DNA from: the human T2T-CHM13v2.0 reference genome, Homo sapiens
Strand: one strand, 5' to 3'
DNA length: 64,000 nt
Assembly (NCBI RefSeq): GCF_009914755.1
Contig: NC_060942.1
Under the pieces are notes generated by a model, which was not told the DNA's origin, searched no databases, and saw nothing but the letters and a program-made list of their open reading frames with translations. Below are positions 58,177 through 64,000 of this stretch, in pieces. Position 1 is the first letter of the stretch. Every line of letters begins with the position of its first letter. The position numbers were made by a program, and so were the translations under genes.

Positions 58177-60054
58177 TAGAGGAACAGAATATTAAGGATG
58201 GAGTTCTTTAGTTAGTTTTGGGGTTTCTGGAGTTGGCTGCTTAATATGATTAGACCCCAAAATCTAAGGACTCTACTTTTAGTAGTATGGAGAACACTGA
58301 TAGTCCTTGGTGTGAACTGTTTAGAGAGTTCTGCAAATTAATGCATTTGACACTCCTGATTCACCACTCGTGAGAGGCAAGGAGTTTGGGTGGGTTACTG
58401 TGGCCTATTTATCAAGTAACCTGAAAGGCTGCCAGTGTCGAGCGGGGTCCAGAACAGGAGAAGGCTCTGCAACAGGTCCAGGCTGCTGTGCAAGCTGCTC
58501 TGCCACTTGGGCCATATGACCCAGAAGATCCAATGGTGCTTGAGGTCAGTGGCAGATAGGGATGTTGTTTGGAGCCTTTGGCAGGCTTCTATAGGTAAAT
58601 CACAGCGGAGGCCTCTAGGATTTTGGAGCAAGGCCCTGCCATCTTCTGCAGTTAACTACTCCCCTTTCGAGAGACAGCTCTTGGCCTGTTACTGGGCTTT
58701 GGTGGAAACTGAACGTTTGACTATGGGTCATCAAGTCACATGCAACCTGAACTGCCTATCATGAACTGGGTGCTTTCTGACCCATCTAGCCATAAAGTGG
58801 GTCATGCACAGCAGCATTCCATCATCAAATGGAAGTGGTATGTACATGATTGGGCTCGAGCAGGTCCTGAAGGCACAAGTAAGTTACATGAGGAAGTGGC
58901 TCAAATGCCCATGGTCTCCACTCCTGCCACCCTGTCTTCTCTCCCCCAGCCTGCACTGATGGCCTCATGGGGAGGTCCCTATGATCAGTTGACAGAGGAA
59001 GAGAAGACTAGGGCCTGGTTCACAGATGGTTCCACACGATAGGCAGGCATCACCCAAAAGTGGACAGCTGCAGCACTACAGTCCCTTTCTAGGACATCCC
59101 TGAAGGACAGCGGTGAAGGAAAATCTTTCCAGTGGGCAGAAATTTTATCACTGCACCTGGTTGTGCACTTTGTATGCAAGGAGAAATAGCCAGATGTGCG
59201 ATTATATACTGATACGTGGGCTGTAGCCAATGGTTTGGCTGGATGGTCAGGGACTTGGAAGAAGCATGATTGGAAAATTGGTGACAAAGGAATTTGGGGA
59301 AAAGGTATGTGGATGGACCTCTCTGAGTGGTCAAAAACTGTAAAGATATTTGTATTCCATGTAAGTGCTCACCAGTGGGTGACCTGATCAGAGGAAGAGT
59401 TTAATAATCAAGCAGATAGGATGACCTGTTCTGTGGACACCACTCAGCCTCTTTCCCCAGCCATCCCTGTCATTGCCCAAATGAGCCCATGAACAAAGTG
59501 TCCGTGGTGGCAGGGATGGAGGTTACACATGGGCTCAGCAACATGGACTTCTACTCACCAAAGCTGACCCAGCTACAGGCACTGCTGAGTGCCCAATTTG
59601 CCAACAGCAGAGACTAACACTGGGCCCTCGATATGGCACCATTCCTCGGGGTGATCAACCAGCTACCTGGTGGCAGGGTGATTATATCAGACCTCCTCCA
59701 TCATGGAAAGGACAGAGGTTTGTCCTCACTGGAATAGACACCTACTCCAGATATGGGTTTGCCTATCCCGCACACAATGCTTCTGCCAAGACTACCATCT
59801 GAGGACTTACGGAATGCCTTATCCACCGTCATGGTATTCCACACAGCATGGCCTCTGACCAATGCCCTCACTTTGTGGCTAAAGAAGTGCGGCAGTGGGC
59901 TCATGCTCATGGAATTCACTGATCTTACCATGTTCCCCATCATCCTGAAGCAGCTGGATTGATAGAATGGTGGAATGGCCTTTCAAAGTCACAATTACAG
60001 TGCCAACTACGTGACAATACTTTGTAGGGCTGGGGCAAAGTTCTCCAGAAGGGC

Positions 60055-60675
60055 ATGTATGCTCTGAATCAGCATCCGATATATGGTACTGTTTCTCCCA
60101 TAGCCAAGATTCATGGGTCCAGGAATCAAGGGGTGGAAGTGGAAGTGTTATCACTCACCATCACCCCTAGGGATCCACTAGCAAAATTTTTGCTTCCTGT
60201 TTTCGCGACATTACGTTCTGCTGGCCTAGAGGTCTTAGTTCCAGAGGAAGGAACGCTGCCACCAGGAGACACAACGATTCCATTAAACTGGAAGTTAAGA
60301 TTGCCACCTGGACACTTTGGGCTCCTCCTACTAAGTCAACAGGTTAAGAAGGGAGTTACAGTGTTGTCTGGGGTGACTGACCCAGACTATCAAGATGAAA
60401 TCTGTCTACTACTCCACAATGGAGGTAAGGAAGAATGCTCATGGAATATAGGAGATCCATTAGGGCATCACTTAGTATTACCATGCCCTGTGATTAAGGC
60501 CAATGGGAAACTACAACAGCCCAATCCAGGCAGGACTACAAATGACCCAGACCCTTCAGGAATGAAGGTTTTTCACTTCACCAGGAAAAATCCACGACCT
60601 GCTGAGGTGCTTGCTGAAGGCAAAGGGAATACAGAATGGGTAGTAGAAGGTGATAGTCATCAATATGAGCTATGA
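60055..60675 (+). pseudogene. HERV-L integrase C-terminus/dUTPase open frame (206 aa)
   Basis: SAGLEVL (motif 1-like), LPPGHFGLL, GVTDPDYQDEI (motif 3-like); dUTPase downstream of integrase is the ERV-L arrangement. Confidence 0.85.
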
Positions 60676-60931
60676 CCACATGACCAGCTACAGAAACAAG
60701 GACTATAACTGTCATGAGTATTTCCTCCTTCTTTTATTAAAAACATGTTCGTGCATGCATACCCTTGTACTAAGAAAATGCCTTCATTTTATTTCCTGAC
60801 ATAAAATTTATTGACTTCAGACCAGCATTTAAATATTGTTAACTTTATGTAATAGTATTTGGGTTGGGGATTGGTGCGTTTCTGGTTGTACAAAGGATAG
60901 TTGTTTTATGTTAGGTGTAATTATGACCTAA

Positions 60932-61221
<290 letters not shown>

Positions 61222-61308
61222 TAATTATGACCTCATTATTATCTTTATTTGAAGATTATGTATAATCTCAGGAGATGTGTATGGGTTCAAGTTGACAAGG
61301 GGTGGACT

Positions 61309-61710
61309 TGTGATGGTAAATATTGAGTGTCAACTTGATTGGATTAAAGGATGCAAAGTATTTATCCTGGGTGTGTCTGTGAGGCTGTTGCCAAGAGATT
61401 GACCTTTGAGTCAGTGGGCTGGAGAAGGTAGATCCACCCTTAATCTGGTGGGCACAATCTAATCAGTTTCCAGGGAATATAAAGCAGGCAGAAAAAGATG
61501 TGAAAAAGAGAGATAGGCCTAGCCTCCCTGCCTACATCTTTCTTCTGTGCTGGATGCTTCCTGCCTTTGAACATCAGACTCCAAGTTCTTCAGTTTTGGG
61601 ACTTGGACTGGCTCTCCTTGCTCCTCAGCTTGCACACAGCCTGTTGTGGAGCCTTGTGATCATGTCAGTTAATATTTAATAAGCTCCCATTTATCTATCT
61701 ATCATCTATC

Positions 61711-61748
<38 letters not shown>

Positions 61749-61822
61749 ATCTATCTACTATCTATCTATCTATCTATCCATCCTATTAGTTCTGTCCCTC
61801 TAAAAGAACCCTGACTAACACA
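61309..61822 (+). mobile_element. MLT2A 3' LTR of the HERV-L provirus
   Basis: tgtgatggtaaatattgagtgtcaacttgattgg...gaaccctgactaacaca; right TSD ctagg. Confidence 0.95.
61692..61778. repeat. Compound (TATC)n tetranucleotide STR
   Basis: Interrupted TATC/TCTA arrays inside the 3' LTR. Confidence 0.95.
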
Positions 61823-62124
61823 CTAGGTCTCTGAATTTTTCCTTTTTGTTCACTGTCTACTTTTTCCTATTCCTTTTCTGCATATCCATCAAAATATTCT
61901 AAGCAGATGCAGAACTTTCTTATGCCAGATTCTTATTATTACTTTGAAAAATTTTCCATCTCTAAATCTGTAATTACTCACTAAATACCTAGGATTTATT
62001 AGTTATACATCTACGGAAATTGGTTTCACCAAAAATGTTCCTTTAAAACACGTGTTGCTTATTATATTCCTAAGAATGAATAGTCTATATCTATTCATAT
62101 CTATATCTGTATCTCTATATCTCC

Positions 62125-62450
62125 AGTTGCACTCAAGGACAGAGTGAACAATCAGGGGCTGTGGGAGGCAGGTTTTGGAGTATCAAGAAGGTGAGGGCCC
62201 CCTGGTTCCCAAAGAAGAATGTGATTGGCTTGTTTAAATACTGTGGGCTGCCAGGGAAATGAAGCCCACTACTCAAGCATAAGCAGGAACTGCATTTGGT
62301 CTTTTTGATATGGTGAGTTGTTTGGTTAGAAGACTTTATGCACAGGATCACAGTGGTGGGGGGAAACTTGTGATTAGGCAATTTGAGGCTCTCCCAATTT
62401 CATCAGCGGTCAAGGCAGTATAAAATATTAATTTTGAGTCTTATACCACA
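62125..62450 (-). mobile_element. Partial old ERVL-class LTR (MER54/73/74/88-like)
   Basis: Minus strand starts tgtggtataagactcaaaattaatattttatactgccttgac and contains gccaatcaca...gggaacc; family assigned from memory. Confidence 0.6.
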
Positions 62451-63164
62451 TTTACCTGTGGAAATGTACAGTAGTAGATAAAGATAAATGCCACACAATT
62501 GGCAGGTATAATTTTACTCATGATGGTTTATGAAATTTCTTAGATATTATCCATCTTGAAGGAAAACTACTTCTCACCCATTGAACATCCAGTGATAAGG
62601 AAATTACTGGTCCTTTATAACTTTGGCAATGAGTTAGTGCCTTAACACTCTACTATGGTACCTAAGAAAGCAAGCTACTACTTTGTTATCTCAGCATGAC
62701 ATCCTACTCTTGTTTCTAAAGATGACCAGTCCTCCTTAGGTACTTTAGTATACTGTGTTCATTAGACATACACACGGCTTCAATAAAGCTCTGGAGATAT
62801 TCTACATGAACATCACCAGTTATCCTTTTATTCTTATTGCAACATGTAGAAGCGCTTAAACCTCACACTTCTCAAAAAAGTGTTCCCTAAAATAGCTTCC
62901 TCTGATACAACAGCAATAAGCACCAACACTATCTCGGGGCTGACTGAATTGGAAAAATGCTTGAACTCCCATTAGGCACACTTAATAGATAGTACTAATT
63001 TATTCTTAACCACTAAGTGCTTTGAATGTGACTGAAGGGTGTAGTTTCTTTATCAAGGTTAAACATATCTCAACAATATTGATTCTATATTCTTTTTTTC
63101 AAGATATGAAGGTTTTCAGAAAACTACTTGCCACACAACAGTTCGGATCTCAGTCCGCTTAATC

Positions 63165-63540
63165 TATGTCAGTCAGCTTGGGCTGCTCTAACAAAATACC
63201 ATACACTGGGTGGCTTACACAGCAGAAACTTATTTCTATTAAAGGGTGGAAGTTCAACATCAGGATGCCAGCATTGTTGGGCTCTAGCAAAGTCTGTCTT
63301 CCTGGCTTGCCAGTGGCCATCTTCTCACTGTGTCATCACATGACACTGAGAGAGAGAGCAAGCAATCTCTCTGGTGTCCCTTCTTGTAAGGGCACTCTAA
63401 TCACATCATGAGGGCCCTACCCTCATGACCTCATCCAAATCTAATTGCCTTCTCAAATCCCCAAATCCAAATACATCACATTGGAGGTTAGGGCTTCAAC
63501 ATAGGAATTTGTGGGGAAGGACATAATTCAGTCCCTGATA
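63165..63540 (-). mobile_element. MSTC/D- or MLT1A-like MaLR LTR
   Basis: gggctgctctaacaaaataccatacactgggtggctta...ccctcatgacctcatc...gggcttcaacataggaattt. Confidence 0.88.
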
Positions 63541-63715
63541 GAAGTGTCATATTTCCAAGGACAGCATTTTTCTCTCTGGTATTAACTCCCAATCACCTTG
63601 ACTGACCTTGATGTCCTCAAAATTTCCTCAGGTATACATTTGCAAATGATCTCATCCACTACATTCTTTAAAAATAGTATTGATTATTTTTTCTGATTAT
63701 AAAATAACACACTTT

Positions 63716-64000
63716 CAAAGATGGCTGAATAGGAACAGCTACAGTCTACAGCTCCCAGCGTGAGCAATGCAGAAGATGGGTGATTTCTGCATTTCCAACT
63801 GAGGTTCATCTCACTGGGACTTGTTGGACAGTGGGTGCAGCCCATGCGAGCATGAGCTGAAGCAGGGCAGGGTATCGCCTCACTCAGGAAGCACAAGGGG
63901 TCGGGGAACTCCCTGTCCTAGCCAAGGGAAGCCGTGACACATGGTACCTGGAAAATCGGGACACTCCCACCCTAATACTGCACTTTTCCAACAGTCTTAG
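63716..64000 (+). mobile_element. 5' UTR of a primate L1 (L1PA5-7-like), running off the window
   Basis: aagatggctgaataggaacagctacagtctacagctcccagcgtgagc...gatttctgcatttccaactgaggt. Confidence 0.95.

Overview
This is a 64 kb, AT-rich, CpG-depleted stretch of primate nuclear DNA (AluY, L1PA and THE1 elements are present; probably human or another catarrhine). It is intergenic or deep intronic, and most of it is interspersed repeats. I recognise no intact cellular protein-coding gene, tRNA, rRNA or CRISPR, and nearly all listed ORFs are decayed L1, Alu or ERV frames. Main contents: a full-length L1PA15/16-like element nested in an older L1; a near full-length minus-strand L1MB; a twin-primed (5'-inverted) L1PA; an internally deleted L1MA carrying a near-perfect 3x172 bp triplication; an internally deleted HERV-L provirus with MLT2A LTRs and an open dUTPase frame; an MLT1 provirus with an internal inversion; several MaLR/ERV solo LTRs, Alus, L2, MIR and MER58; and a 3'-truncated, tail-less 7SK retropseudogene. 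I found no evidence of a new biological system. The interesting signals are mutational and retrotransposition scars plus possible LTR regulatory motifs. Subfamily names come from memory of consensus sequences and need RepeatMasker/Dfam confirmation. Boundaries of old elements are approximate.
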